A DNA stretch of 45,115 nt from a virus (taxonomy: Duplodnaviria; Caudoviricetes): the IMG/VR virus record IMGVR_UViG_3300044475_000013, positions 1 to 45,115 of that record, one strand, 5' to 3'. Shown piece by piece: positions 1 to 10,168 of this stretch. Made by a program: the position numbers and the translations under genes. The first letter of the stretch is position 1. Every line of letters begins with the position of its first letter. The notes below the pieces were generated by a model. The model worked only from the letters and a program-made list of their open reading frames with translations. It did no database searches and was not told the DNA's origin.

Positions 1-127
1 ACTTCTCGATGTCATCCGGGGATGCACCAATACCTTTCAGGGTACTTTCAATCTCAGCAGGATCCACATTCTTAGTAGCCTTCAGGAATTTACCGACTTT
101 CTTATTGTCGGCCAAATCCTTATAAAG
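1..127. repeat. 127-bp exact terminal duplication (also at 44989-45115); probable assembly circularisation overlap
   Basis: First 127 nt equal the last 127 nt. The duplication falls inside an ORF that reads in frame across the junction. Confidence 0.95.
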
Positions 128-1489
128 GTGTGCATACTCTGTAAGGTCATTGCTTGTACCACCAATAGTGTTCTTAGCAACTCGCGCAATATCAGTATCT
201 GCAAAGGGTAGATGCTTAACGTCAATGGAACCAATAGAACCCTCAACCGCAGCATCTTTAGCTCGACGCAGTAGATTCTCTGCCCAACCTGAACCTTGAA
301 TAGCCTCTACGACTTTGCGTACAGTTGGGTCTTTGATGATGTCTAGTGGAATAGCCTGCCCACCATTACGTGTAGCATTGAAATCCATATGCAGAAACTC
401 TTGTACCTGTTGACCAACTTGAATACGACGTTCGCGGGCCGCAGCTCGCTGACTAGGCATCCAGCTATTGGTAAACAGACCCTCTTGTTTCATTACATCC
501 TCAACGGCTGTAATGCTACGTTGTGCATCCATCATGAAGTTTCGTTGCCAAGCCATACCAGCATTCGCAGCAGATGCATCATCCCAAGGACGACCTAAGA
601 CTTTCTCAGCTAGAGCCTTAGCCTTAGAGCCAACTGCGCTCACTTCATCCACAAAGGATTGGAATTTCTTAATCCCACCAGCCACAGCTTGTCCATAGCT
701 AGACACAGGAGCTTTATTGGTTGCCTCCGGTAATGAAGATTTCTTCAGGGTTTGAGCTTCATCAACAGCTAAATCCATAGGCGCATTCAGAGCTTTACGC
801 TCAGTAGCAGCAGCATCAGCCTCTTTCTTAAAGTTCTTACCAATAGGAATCATTGTACCAATCATTGGCCCAACGGCATTCCACAGATGGTCAGAAGTTG
901 TATTCGTGCTTTCGGGTATAGTACTCAAAGCATAGCCAGCACCAAAGCCAGTGGCAGCACGTTCAATAGTACTCAGTTTGGCAAAGGCAGCAGCCTTACC
1001 TAGCCCAGCACCAACCACAGCATCAACAGGATCAACCATACCACCGAGTAACATAGCAGACGTATTGCTTGAAGCAACACGCATGTTCTCGGTGTGTCTA
1101 GTCCACTCTTGGATGCGAGACATGAAGTCCTCTTTAGAGACAGACTTACGTAGGAAATTCTCTTGTTCTTCATCAAGGGTAATACCTTTCTGACTCCGAA
1201 TAGCAGCAATATCTGCTTCCGGTTTATACGATGTATCACGGTTGTTGTGTACATCATCCCAACCAAATGGGTTCAGCATCTTACCAGTCAGAGTATTCTC
1301 TTGAAAGGATGCACTGAAGGATTCCAACCAAGTTGGATTCGGTGTCCCTTGTGCAATACTGGTATTAGGTACTGGAGCTTCTAGCCCTTTTCGATGTGTA
1401 TTTCCTAGGCTGGGGTTCTGACCCAACTCCGAGAAATCCACAGGCTCGATAGGGTCTACAACACCAAAGCTTTGATAATTATCAGGCAT
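1..1489 (-). CDS. N-terminal part of a large internal virion (ejectosome, T7 gp16-position) protein; joins 43118..44988 across the origin, ~1119 aa total
   Basis: ATG at 1489 (MPDNYQSFGVVDP...) is in frame with the 661-aa ORF once the overlap is removed. It lies between the gp15-like gene and the tail fibre. Confidence 0.8.
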   Translation of the reverse strand, partial: MPDNYQSFGVVDPIEPVDFSELGQNPSLGNTHRKGLEAPVPNTSIAQGTPNPTWLESFSASFQENTLTGKMLNPFGWDDVHNNRDTSYKPEADIAAIRSQKGITLDEEQENFLRKSVSKEDFMSRIQEWTRHTENMRVASSNTSAMLLGGMVDPVDAVVGAGLGKAAAFAKLSTIERAATGFGAGYALSTIPESTNTTSDHLWNAVGPMIGTMIPIGKNFKKEADAAATERKALNAPMDLAVDEAQTLKKSSLPEATNKAPVSSYGQAVAGGIKKFQSFVDEVSAVGSKAKALAEKVLGRPWDDASAANAGMAWQRNFMMDAQRSITAVEDVMKQEGLFTNSWMPSQRAAARERRIQVGQQVQEFLHMDFNATRNGGQAIPLDIIKDPTVRKVVEAIQGSGWAENLLRRAKDAAVEGSIGSIDVKHLPFADTDIARVAKNTIGGTSNDLTEYAHLYKDLADNKKVGKFLKATKNVDPAEIESTLKGIGASPDDIEK

Positions 1490-1504
1490 GGGAAATATCC
1501 ATAG

Positions 1505-1530
1505 AAAAGAGCCAGCCCCGAAGGGCCAGC
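1505..1530 (-). terminator. Intrinsic terminator-like hairpin between two internal virion protein genes
   Basis: Minus strand GCUGGCCC-UUCG-GGGCUGGC-UCUUUU. Confidence 0.75.
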
Positions 1531-1532
1531 GA

Positions 1533-4415
1533 TTAGTTCATACTGTAGGTCGGTTTCGTAAATGCATCCCAAGTCTTAGGCCCCATAGCTCGGAGTCCAC
1601 CGAGGGAACCAGCACGGGTTAACTGAGATACTTTATTGAAACCGTCACGGTACATCTGGAGGCGTGGATGATTGTCCTTACCACCAAACTTCTGAGTGAT
1701 TTCTTTGTACATGCTGGACTGCTTAAACAGTTCCTCAGCTTGCTTTGGATCAGATTGTGCAACCTTCAGGATACGAGCGTACTGATCAGCACCACCTTGA
1801 CCACCCTGCCATTTAGCATGAGCCAGTGCAATGTAGGAGCTAGCCAGTCCAGTTGCATTAACAGATGCCACAGGCGGTAGATCAGCGTTCTTAATGTCAG
1901 TGCCAAAGTTCTTAAAGTAATCCTTCACGAACTGGCCTTGTACACCGTCGAATGCTTCTTGCCCTTTAGCACGCGCATCATCCAGCTTCTTTTTCCAAGT
2001 TGCACGATCTGGTGTATCAACACGAATGCCAATACCAGTAGTTACAATACCCGGTCGTGATGGGTCAGTTGCTTTGTTGTCAACAGAACCTTCATAACGC
2101 AAGAACGATGCAGCAGTCTTAGTAGCTAGATCACCACCAAAGGTATCCACCCAATCTTGGGTAACTGTCAATTTCTTAGCAGACTTACCGTCTTGTTGAG
2201 TAACAGTACCAATTGGTTGAACCCCTAGATCATGCGTCCGAGCTTTCAGCATATTGTAAGCAACCTCACGCACATGAGATATACCCCATCGCTGCATTTC
2301 AGTAACAGGTTTACCGGATTTATCCGTGGCAACTACCATGAGTTGATTACCCACAGCAGTCAACTGGACATCCTCAGCATCGAACTTTCGACCACCATAA
2401 CCGTTGTACTTCTTTACGTACTGGTCACGGACAGCCTCAAGAGCACCTTGGAAATCCTGATCGTTAAGAGCAACCTCTTTACCACCAGCACCCATAGGCA
2501 CAGTTACACCGTTCCGAATTTGAGGGGTCATTATAACCAAACCAGTGTCGATACTCGTTACACGGTTGAGCTTACGCAATGCAGCAATCTTCTGCCCCGG
2601 TGTCTCAAGGATTGCACCACCAGCAGCCATAGCAGCTAGTTCAGGTCGAGCAGAATCCCAAGACTGGTTCAGAATAGACGCCTTCTGTTGCAGCACATCG
2701 TTACGTGGGTTCTTCCACCAGCGGTCAGCTTTAACTTGACTCTGAGGATCATCACCAAAGAATGGCCAAACATGAGAAGCAAAGAAACCAGATTTCAAAT
2801 CGTCGGCAGTGAACTTACCAGAGCCTACAGCAGAGCTATAGCTACCACCGTGGGAACCACCAGAACCTGTGCCGGTTACTTGTTCTTTGAATCGTTGAAT
2901 CTCTCGCATATCAAATGCAATGTTCTTCCCTGCTTCTGGGTTAGATTGTAGATACGCTTCAACAGCATCTTGAGTTCCCTTATCGCTAAAGGCACCTAGA
3001 GCTTCACGTAGCATACCGGGGTTCTTACCCTTCAGGGATTGCACAATGTCTACAAAGCCGCGCCATGCATCCTTAGATGTTCCATCAACTTGTTCATCGA
3101 TTTTATCAGGATCGCGCTGCATGATGTTTTCAATGGTCGGAGTAAGCTGTTTAAATCCAGCACTGACTACCTTTGGGTTAATGGTTTGAATACCTGTGGC
3201 AACCAAACCTTTAGCCAGTCCAATGTAATCCTCACCAAACTTCTTCGCGTATACCTTCACCAGAGAGTCCGCAGCCTTTGCATCACCATCCGTACCCCAC
3301 TTAGCCGCACGGGCAGCAGGTGTACTGTTCTGAGCAAAGGAACCATCAAGACCTTGTGAATTGATCTTGCTTTCCATTTCCCGAATACGACGCAGCATAG
3401 GCACAACATCTTCATCCTTGAGTAAACCATTCCGGTTATCTAGGATAGCTTGTTGATAGAAGCCAGTGATAGTCGCAGGGTCTGGGGTAATTGAACCACT
3501 CTCAACACCACGCTCGTACTCAATGAAGTTTGCATTCAGAACCATAGCACGATGATCCATTGCACCCTTTTGACCCTTAGCCATAGCCTCCTGAAGATTC
3601 AGATAATCATCTGTTGCTAGACGTTTCTGAGCTTCATCACTACGGGCAAAGTTACCAATAGCGGCAAGGACACGCTGACCTTCTGGAGTTGCAGGGTTTG
3701 CAGTAGCCAGTTGAGCACGCATAGCCTGCACCATCTTCTTGGAAGAATCACCGAGAGGGTCTTTACTACCCAGCATTTTGTTCTGAGTCGTGAGGGTGTC
3801 TAGTCGATCCACCATTAACTTAGTGAATGCTTCTGGTTGATAATCTAGTTCGCGAGCCTTATTGATATCCGTATTGATACCTTGATACTGCGCAGTGTTG
3901 TTGTCCTGCTGAATCTTTGTCTCCCAGCTCTTTTGGTAAGAACTGAAAGCACTAGCATTCAATGTGACATAGCTCTGCAAGGCTTTCTTACGAGCTTCAG
4001 AATTCTCAGGAAACACATCAATATTATCCCGTAGTTCTTGGAGCATAGGTTTGATAGCTTCATGATAATCATCAAGCGTACCGCCCTTCTCCAGAATCTC
4101 CCGTGCAGTTTGAGTTAAACCAGCTTGGGCTTGAGATTCTTTATCTGTGTATTGTTGGAACTGAACACCTTGATTGTAGCTGTCCGGAGTAAGCCAAGAT
4201 GACTCTTTAACTCGGCCAGCAATCTGATCTGTTACACCTTCCATGAAGGCAATGTCATTCGGCTTCTTCTTCTTTTCTACGAACTTGTCGAAGAAAGAGT
4301 CAGCAGCTTTTACTTGTGCCCACGGATCAGTTGGTGTCGGCAGTGAAGCCTGACGAGTCTGCGGATTAAACGAGTACCCACTGGCACCCGCTACACCCGG
4401 TTGTTCAATTGTCAT
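1533..4415 (-). CDS. Internal virion protein (gp15 position) with probable C-terminal lysozyme-like domain
   Basis: 960 aa in the expected syntenic position. C-terminal RYEG-x7-D-x7-TTGIG resembles a T4-lysozyme-type motif, as in phiKMV gp36. Confidence 0.75.
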   Translation of the reverse strand: MTIEQPGVAGASGYSFNPQTRQASLPTPTDPWAQVKAADSFFDKFVEKKKKPNDIAFMEGVTDQIAGRVKESSWLTPDSYNQGVQFQQYTDKESQAQAGLTQTAREILEKGGTLDDYHEAIKPMLQELRDNIDVFPENSEARKKALQSYVTLNASAFSSYQKSWETKIQQDNNTAQYQGINTDINKARELDYQPEAFTKLMVDRLDTLTTQNKMLGSKDPLGDSSKKMVQAMRAQLATANPATPEGQRVLAAIGNFARSDEAQKRLATDDYLNLQEAMAKGQKGAMDHRAMVLNANFIEYERGVESGSITPDPATITGFYQQAILDNRNGLLKDEDVVPMLRRIREMESKINSQGLDGSFAQNSTPAARAAKWGTDGDAKAADSLVKVYAKKFGEDYIGLAKGLVATGIQTINPKVVSAGFKQLTPTIENIMQRDPDKIDEQVDGTSKDAWRGFVDIVQSLKGKNPGMLREALGAFSDKGTQDAVEAYLQSNPEAGKNIAFDMREIQRFKEQVTGTGSGGSHGGSYSSAVGSGKFTADDLKSGFFASHVWPFFGDDPQSQVKADRWWKNPRNDVLQQKASILNQSWDSARPELAAMAAGGAILETPGQKIAALRKLNRVTSIDTGLVIMTPQIRNGVTVPMGAGGKEVALNDQDFQGALEAVRDQYVKKYNGYGGRKFDAEDVQLTAVGNQLMVVATDKSGKPVTEMQRWGISHVREVAYNMLKARTHDLGVQPIGTVTQQDGKSAKKLTVTQDWVDTFGGDLATKTAASFLRYEGSVDNKATDPSRPGIVTTGIGIRVDTPDRATWKKKLDDARAKGQEAFDGVQGQFVKDYFKNFGTDIKNADLPPVASVNATGLASSYIALAHAKWQGGQGGADQYARILKVAQSDPKQAEELFKQSSMYKEITQKFGGKDNHPRLQMYRDGFNKVSQLTRAGSLGGLRAMGPKTWDAFTKPTYSMN

Positions 4416-5170
4416 TGGTACACTCCAAGTTGCGTACTGAGCTTACCCTTACCACTGGTGTAATTACCGTTGTAGTAATCATTACCACCATAGGTCTGGC
4501 TCTTAAATTCAAAGCTGTTACCCGAAGAGTTATTAGTGCTGACCCAATCATTACTATTGGTTTCAGTACCAGAGCCGCTGGATTTAGAACTACCACCCAT
4601 GGCCCCACCACCTTGCATTGACATATAGGATTCACCCATAGCAAACAAGTCTTGTACAATATCTTCGTGCAGTGTTGCTGCCATACCAATAACGTCACTG
4701 ATTTGATTCAGTGTTTCGTTCTCTAGGTTATGGACTTGAGTATTCGTATTCTCAATTTCCTGTTGGTGGTTCCAAACAGTTTGAGCTACAGCAGAATCCC
4801 GTTGGGTATCTACTAGACTTGTGAGGGCCAGCGCAGAAGTACCAATCTGGTCTTGTGCTGCAAAGCTATTAAGAATCTCACCCTTCTGATCACCAGCTTG
4901 TCGCTGATAGTAATACAGAGCTTGGGAGGTCTTAATATTGAGTGCTGCCCGTTGGCGAGAAATCTCGCTGTAGGCACGGGCAGACTCCATGAGCAACGCA
5001 TCATTACGCTTGGCATTAGCCTTAAGCGCATCGTTAAATTGATGCTCCAGCTTTCGCTGGGCATCCGAGCCTTCAAAGAAACCAATGACAGCCCCGGCAA
5101 CCGCACCCCATGGGCCACCTACTTGATAACCTTGCATGGCACGTTTGCCGGTAGTAGCCATCACTGACAT
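4412..5170 (-). CDS. Internal virion protein (gp14 position)
   Basis: N-terminal Gly/Ala-rich hydrophobic GGPWGAVAGAVIG, then a coiled coil; follows tail tube B. Confidence 0.7.
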   Translation of the reverse strand: MSVMATTGKRAMQGYQVGGPWGAVAGAVIGFFEGSDAQRKLEHQFNDALKANAKRNDALLMESARAYSEISRQRAALNIKTSQALYYYQRQAGDQKGEILNSFAAQDQIGTSALALTSLVDTQRDSAVAQTVWNHQQEIENTNTQVHNLENETLNQISDVIGMAATLHEDIVQDLFAMGESYMSMQGGGAMGGSSKSSGSGTETNSNDWVSTNNSSGNSFEFKSQTYGGNDYYNGNYTSGKGKLSTQLGVYQ

Positions 5171-5180
5171 ACTTTATCCT

Positions 5181-7520
5181 TTATAGGCGACGACGGTCTG
5201 GGCGAGACTCAACACGCAAGATGTACTCAACATCAAGAATATTTAGTTCACGCGTACCATCTGTTTGTAAAACAACGGTCGTGTCGTGTGATCGAGAGCG
5301 GCAGGGAATCTTCACAGAACCTACACCAGATACCAGAGGTAGTCCGGGGTTCAATTCAGAAGAACTCCAAGTTAATCCACCAGTGCTTGCATCTGAGTAC
5401 ATATAGTCCACAGCATCCGAGACACTAACAGTGAATTCTCCACTACGTTGAATCGTCACATCGTACCGCATGATTGTGGTTTTCATTGTACTGATAACCA
5501 CGTTGTTCTTATCACGCATCATTGGTGGTGTTGGAATCATTCGGGACATGAACGGAATACCATACGCCACATTACCTGATGGGAACGAGCGAACAGTCGT
5601 CAGTGTATTCCCGGTTGTACTATCAACACCAATTGGTTCACCTGCCATATCGCCATCAGCGACAGCAAGTTTCAAGGAACTGGCAATACCAGAATCCACA
5701 GCACCAGATACAGTGATTTGATTATTCGTGACAACTCCGTAAGCCCAGCAATCCAAGAATGGTCGAGCGGATGCTCCAAGGTACGTACTGGCCCGTGGGT
5801 CAATCGTACAAACCATCAAGTTATTACCAGCAGCAGCCATAGCCAGAATAATGACATCCCGTGCAAAGTGCATACTCGCTACAGGTAGAGGCATTGTCCA
5901 TTTGTGGAATGCTAATTGCTTGCGTTCTGCACCATCCCACACGAACTCCATTACCAATAGCTCCTGCAAGGAAGTATCACTAGAGAACATTGCAATGTTG
6001 CTGGTATTGGAACCAACAATATGGCGTGCTCGTCCTTTGATAAACCGAGGGATATGATCAGTAAGGTTCTGTGGCATGTACTGCGCATCTGTGAACTGCG
6101 AAGGTTGGAACTCACAGACTCCGAAGTACTCGGCGGATGTCGGGGCACAAGACATAAGTGTCCGTCCGATAACAACTGGAGGAGCTTTCATACTCAAGTC
6201 CTGTTTACTCGTCAGAAGCACCAGTGCATTGTTTGCATTGATCGCAGCATTCTGAGTTGGAATCACAGCTTGGTGCGTAGCACTAAAAAGCATCAAGTTC
6301 TTGTTGAACTGTACCGCATGCTCGAAGGCAGCAGATGATGCAGAGCCAGTACCAATTTCCAATGCATTCGTGGAAGTAGTTGAAGTCACTGTACTACGCA
6401 TGAACTGCAAGCTATCCGTGCTATCAGACAACGAGGTGTAAGCCCCGGAGAGTAGCACTAGTCGACCTTGGAAAGTACTCATACCCGTGATCCCCTTCGT
6501 GAAGAAGTTAGGATACGGATTGTTGTAGTCATCCCCAGCAGTACGACCTTTGAACGGATTCTGTGTTGCAGTGAGTACACCAACCGAAGAAACAGTGAAT
6601 TGAATCGGGACATTAGTTACCGTAGCAACACTGGCGTAATCACCGGTTTCATCCCAAGATACAGTGCTGTTATTCCAGAAGAAATACTGCATAGCCAACT
6701 TAGATGTACCCACAGCACATACAGCGCCAGTTAGCGCAGCATCAAGCTTCGCAGGTAGATCAGAAATCTGTGCAACCTTCATACCTTGTGAAGTTCCGAC
6801 ATATACTGAACCAGATGGCGAAGTCACCGTAACTTGATTCAGATCAGATGGGGATTTGTTCTTCTTGGTAAAGCAGACATACGCACCGTTACGGTAGATG
6901 TCAAACTTAGCCATGAACGAAGTGTTCGCAGTGAACAAAGTATAGAGCTGTGCTGCTACACCTTCAGGGGTACTATTGGCTGCTGTACTGTCAGTGGTGT
7001 AAGTCAACTCAACAGCGAATGCACCAGACTCCACACGGATCGTATAACCCTTCTGGAATGCACCAGTACGGATCATGAAGAAACCATCGTGAATCGGGTT
7101 ACGCTTGGTTGAATCAATTGCACCCTTAACAGGGATTTGTTCTACATTACAAAGCCAACCATTCGCCTGTACAGAGGTACTACGAATTTTGGAGGCATCG
7201 GATGCAATAAGGTACGGGAAGGTTTGCCGGTTAGTGATAGCAAAGGTTTCATCCAGAACTACGACTTCACCATTTACAGTATTCACAAAGATGTGAAACC
7301 GTTTATTATCCACTTCAAGGTACTGACTGTATACGCGCTTCGGATCAGAAGTGAAGTTAGGAATTACCACCTCACGCTTTGCACCCGGACGACGACGAAG
7401 ACCAGTAACAGGATCAGACAACATATTCAGTTGGTCAGTGAGTTGACCTGTGATTCGTTCGCGGGGTACTTGCTGAGAAACCCCAGCAAGCAGACTAGCG
7501 AAGGCACCAGTGATAATCAT
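5181..7520 (-). CDS. Tail tubular protein B (nozzle, gp12-like)
   Basis: 779 aa; GVSQQ..R, NMLSDPVTGLRRRPG, FQGRLVLLSG and AFHKW motifs. Confidence 0.92.
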   Translation of the reverse strand: MIITGAFASLLAGVSQQVPRERITGQLTDQLNMLSDPVTGLRRRPGAKREVVIPNFTSDPKRVYSQYLEVDNKRFHIFVNTVNGEVVVLDETFAITNRQTFPYLIASDASKIRSTSVQANGWLCNVEQIPVKGAIDSTKRNPIHDGFFMIRTGAFQKGYTIRVESGAFAVELTYTTDSTAANSTPEGVAAQLYTLFTANTSFMAKFDIYRNGAYVCFTKKNKSPSDLNQVTVTSPSGSVYVGTSQGMKVAQISDLPAKLDAALTGAVCAVGTSKLAMQYFFWNNSTVSWDETGDYASVATVTNVPIQFTVSSVGVLTATQNPFKGRTAGDDYNNPYPNFFTKGITGMSTFQGRLVLLSGAYTSLSDSTDSLQFMRSTVTSTTSTNALEIGTGSASSAAFEHAVQFNKNLMLFSATHQAVIPTQNAAINANNALVLLTSKQDLSMKAPPVVIGRTLMSCAPTSAEYFGVCEFQPSQFTDAQYMPQNLTDHIPRFIKGRARHIVGSNTSNIAMFSSDTSLQELLVMEFVWDGAERKQLAFHKWTMPLPVASMHFARDVIILAMAAAGNNLMVCTIDPRASTYLGASARPFLDCWAYGVVTNNQITVSGAVDSGIASSLKLAVADGDMAGEPIGVDSTTGNTLTTVRSFPSGNVAYGIPFMSRMIPTPPMMRDKNNVVISTMKTTIMRYDVTIQRSGEFTVSVSDAVDYMYSDASTGGLTWSSSELNPGLPLVSGVGSVKIPCRSRSHDTTVVLQTDGTRELNILDVEYILRVESRPDRRRL

Positions 7521-7529
7521 TGGATATCC

Positions 7530-8087
7530 TTATACACGGCGAGTTCGTAGCATACGCGAAGCACGATGATTCTTAACCGTATTGAACTTGCGTTTCCGCA
7601 GGTTCTCTTGGGTCAGCATATCAAGGGAAGTCTTAGCTTTCTTGTCGAACTCACCAATCGTACTTTCTACACCAAAGTCTTGAACATAAACCTCCCGGCC
7701 AGCTTGCTCTTGAATATACAAGGCAGCATATAGTGGGAGGTCAGAGAAATCCAAGTCTTCAATCAAACGGAATTGAACCGGTCGGGTGATAGTGAAAGTA
7801 CCGTTGGTCAAATCAAAGATTAAACCAGAACGAACCTCAAAGTCTGCATCCTTATCAAGGGAGTACAGAGTCAGGATTTTATCAGGTGCAGCAATCCTAT
7901 TATCCGAAGAAGGATACAGGGTTACTTCACGTTCATTGAACCACCAACCCTGAGAGAGAATCAATCGGGTATGATGCGTGATAGCCTTTAGAATGAGGTT
8001 CACCGTAGGGTGTCGAGTGTCCGTGGAAGTCACAGTCATTTCACCCAAATACGGCATTACATAATTTACTGCTTCAAGAAGTTCCAT
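7530..8087 (-). CDS. Tail tubular protein A (gp11-like)
   Basis: MELLEAVN...LGE and GWWFN motifs. Start set at 8087 because 8117 lies inside the terminator. Confidence 0.9.
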   Translation of the reverse strand: MELLEAVNYVMPYLGEMTVTSTDTRHPTVNLILKAITHHTRLILSQGWWFNEREVTLYPSSDNRIAAPDKILTLYSLDKDADFEVRSGLIFDLTNGTFTITRPVQFRLIEDLDFSDLPLYAALYIQEQAGREVYVQDFGVESTIGEFDKKAKTSLDMLTQENLRKRKFNTVKNHRASRMLRTRRV

Positions 8088-8106
8088 ACTGAAATGCCCT
8101 TCGATT

Positions 8107-8139
8107 AAAAAGGGCACTTGATATAGAACCTAGTGCCCT
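8107..8139 (-). terminator. Terminator downstream of the capsid region (T-phi position)
   Basis: AGGGCACT/AGTGCCCT stem followed by a U-tract on the minus strand. Confidence 0.8.
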
Positions 8140-8146
8140 ACATTGA

Positions 8147-8332
8147 TTAGCTAGGGTTCGAGGCTTTAGGAGTGGTCGGCACAACAATAGTCGTAGTCAG
8201 ACCATCACCAGCAGGAGTCACAGTCGGCTTGGTATTCTTACCTACAGGCTGGACATCACTGGCGAGTTTCTTTGAAAGCTGACGGGCTTGGTCAGTCGCC
8301 CAACCACCCGTCAGATCAATCAGAGTAGCCAT
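8147..8332 (-). CDS. Small protein after the major capsid gene, possibly structural
   Basis: 61 aa, Thr/Pro-rich; fills the gap between capsid gene and terminator. Confidence 0.6.
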   Translation of the reverse strand: MATLIDLTGGWATDQARQLSKKLASDVQPVGKNTKPTVTPAGDGLTTTIVVPTTPKASNPS

Positions 8333-8338
8333 TGACTA

Positions 8339-9355
8339 TTATACCGGTTCAGCCACGCTGATAACTACAGCGGTGTCGGGACGACGTTGAGCTACGTTGT
8401 ACATAGCATAGCAGTCCAGCACGTTGCAGAATTCACGTTGGTCATCCCAGATACGGGAGGTGAACGGTTTAGCTTCGATGGTCACCAGAGTCTTGGACTT
8501 GGAGAAGATTACCATCTTGCATTTCAGGTCATTCGCGGTCACGTTAAAGGCAGTGCCCAGAACATGATCGTTAGTACCAGCTACGTTCACAACCTTCGGG
8601 AACTCGGTAGTTTCAACAATCGGGATACCGTTCATACGAACGAAACGACGACCATTGTAATCACCGTCACCAGCACCACCGGCAACCTCAGTGTTCAGCA
8701 GCTTCGGGTGTTCCAGCAGAGCGGAGAACAGGTCTACGTCAACCAGAGTAACCATATCGGTCAGCGGAACCTTACGCTTGATCAGCAGATCAACACCCTT
8801 CTTATGGGCATTCTTCAGCGAAATAGCGTTAGCTTCCAGTTCTACCTGAGCAGTAGCAGCAGCCTTGAAGGTAGTGGCAATTTCCACACCATCTGAGAAT
8901 GCCGGCTTCAGGTGAGCAGGAGCAGTCCAGCTACGGGCCTTAATCAGTTGAATCAGGTGAGCACCATCGAACACTTCAGCGAACTGAGAGCCGTTGTTCA
9001 CACCAATTTCACGCAGCCAATCCGGGGCAGTCCAATCATCTTGGTAGTCGATCGGGTTACGGATATACAGCACGGTATCAACAGTGATTACCAGCTTCTC
9101 GTTAGTCACCTTCTGGCTGTCAAGAGACTGGCCGGACTTACGGGACTTAACAGAAGTGGTATTCATACGGTCGATACGGTAAGTATTCGAGCGATCAGCT
9201 ACAGAGCGTTGGGTACTCAGGGACAGGAAGATAGCCTGATATTGGAATCGGGTATCTACTTCACCTTGATAGATTTCAAGATGCTGGTCAGTATCCGAGT
9301 TCGCACCAGCCCAATGGACGCGGGTAGTGTTACCGTTGTAAATGCTATTAGCCAT
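8339..9355 (-). CDS. Major capsid protein
   Basis: 338 aa; T7/phiKMV-like HLEIYQGEVD, ITVDT..Y.R and RRPD motifs; AAGGA RBS. Confidence 0.95.
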   Translation of the reverse strand: MANSIYNGNTTRVHWAGANSDTDQHLEIYQGEVDTRFQYQAIFLSLSTQRSVADRSNTYRIDRMNTTSVKSRKSGQSLDSQKVTNEKLVITVDTVLYIRNPIDYQDDWTAPDWLREIGVNNGSQFAEVFDGAHLIQLIKARSWTAPAHLKPAFSDGVEIATTFKAAATAQVELEANAISLKNAHKKGVDLLIKRKVPLTDMVTLVDVDLFSALLEHPKLLNTEVAGGAGDGDYNGRRFVRMNGIPIVETTEFPKVVNVAGTNDHVLGTAFNVTANDLKCKMVIFSKSKTLVTIEAKPFTSRIWDDQREFCNVLDCYAMYNVAQRRPDTAVVISVAEPV

Positions 9356-9364
9356 TTATATTCC

Positions 9365-10168
9365 TTATTGCATACCGAGTCGACGGCCCATAGAACGTCG
9401 CTCGATTAGTTGTTGATACCGTTCACCGAACGGGCCAGATTCAAGGGAGCGGTTGCCAGCTTCTTGTTTGAGCTTTGCCATTTCAGCTTTGAACTCATTA
9501 CCACCAAGAGCGCCACCACCGCTAGATTTCCCTGCAAGACCTTGAATGGTTGGATTTGCATCCACAAACAGGCCCGCTTGTACAACAGTATCCAGCAACA
9601 GTTGTGTGCCTTCTTTATGCTGGCCACTATCCATCAGGAGAGTAACAGCAGTTTTCAAATGCTGAGGTGCATTCTCATTGAATACAGCAACAGCAGAATC
9701 CCAACGATCTTTACCACCAGCCATCTGATGAACTTCATTGATAGCAGAGGTTACAGAACTGAGCTTCTGTTCTACAGCAGCTTTCGCCAGTGCCAGAACT
9801 TGATCGGCTTTATCACCAAAGCGTTCACGGGCAAAGGCTTCATCAATCAGAGACAGATCGCCATGTGCAATAGCGTTCTTGGTCAGTCGATCAATGTCAG
9901 CATTGGTAGCCTTAGTAGCAGCCACCACAATACCAATTGCAGCATCCAGCGCAGCGTTACCAGTTTGCAGAGTTGCTAGATCACTAGGATTCTCTACGGG
10001 AGCTGGTGCCGTGGCAGGGGCTGGGGTAGGAACAGGAGCGACAGCAGGCTTAATATTAGCCGGGTCTACAACTGGAACAACTGGTGCCGGATTACCACCC
10101 GGCGGAACTGGAGGATTACCAGCAGGCGGTACGCCCGGCGGCAGATCAGGATTAGTATTTTCGGACAT
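9365..10168 (-). CDS. Capsid assembly scaffolding protein
   Basis: Pro-rich N-terminus, AGGKDRWD motif, basic C-terminus; between portal and capsid. Confidence 0.85.
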   Translation of the reverse strand: MSENTNPDLPPGVPPAGNPPVPPGGNPAPVVPVVDPANIKPAVAPVPTPAPATAPAPVENPSDLATLQTGNAALDAAIGIVVAATKATNADIDRLTKNAIAHGDLSLIDEAFARERFGDKADQVLALAKAAVEQKLSSVTSAINEVHQMAGGKDRWDSAVAVFNENAPQHLKTAVTLLMDSGQHKEGTQLLLDTVVQAGLFVDANPTIQGLAGKSSGGGALGGNEFKAEMAKLKQEAGNRSLESGPFGERYQQLIERRSMGRRLGMQ

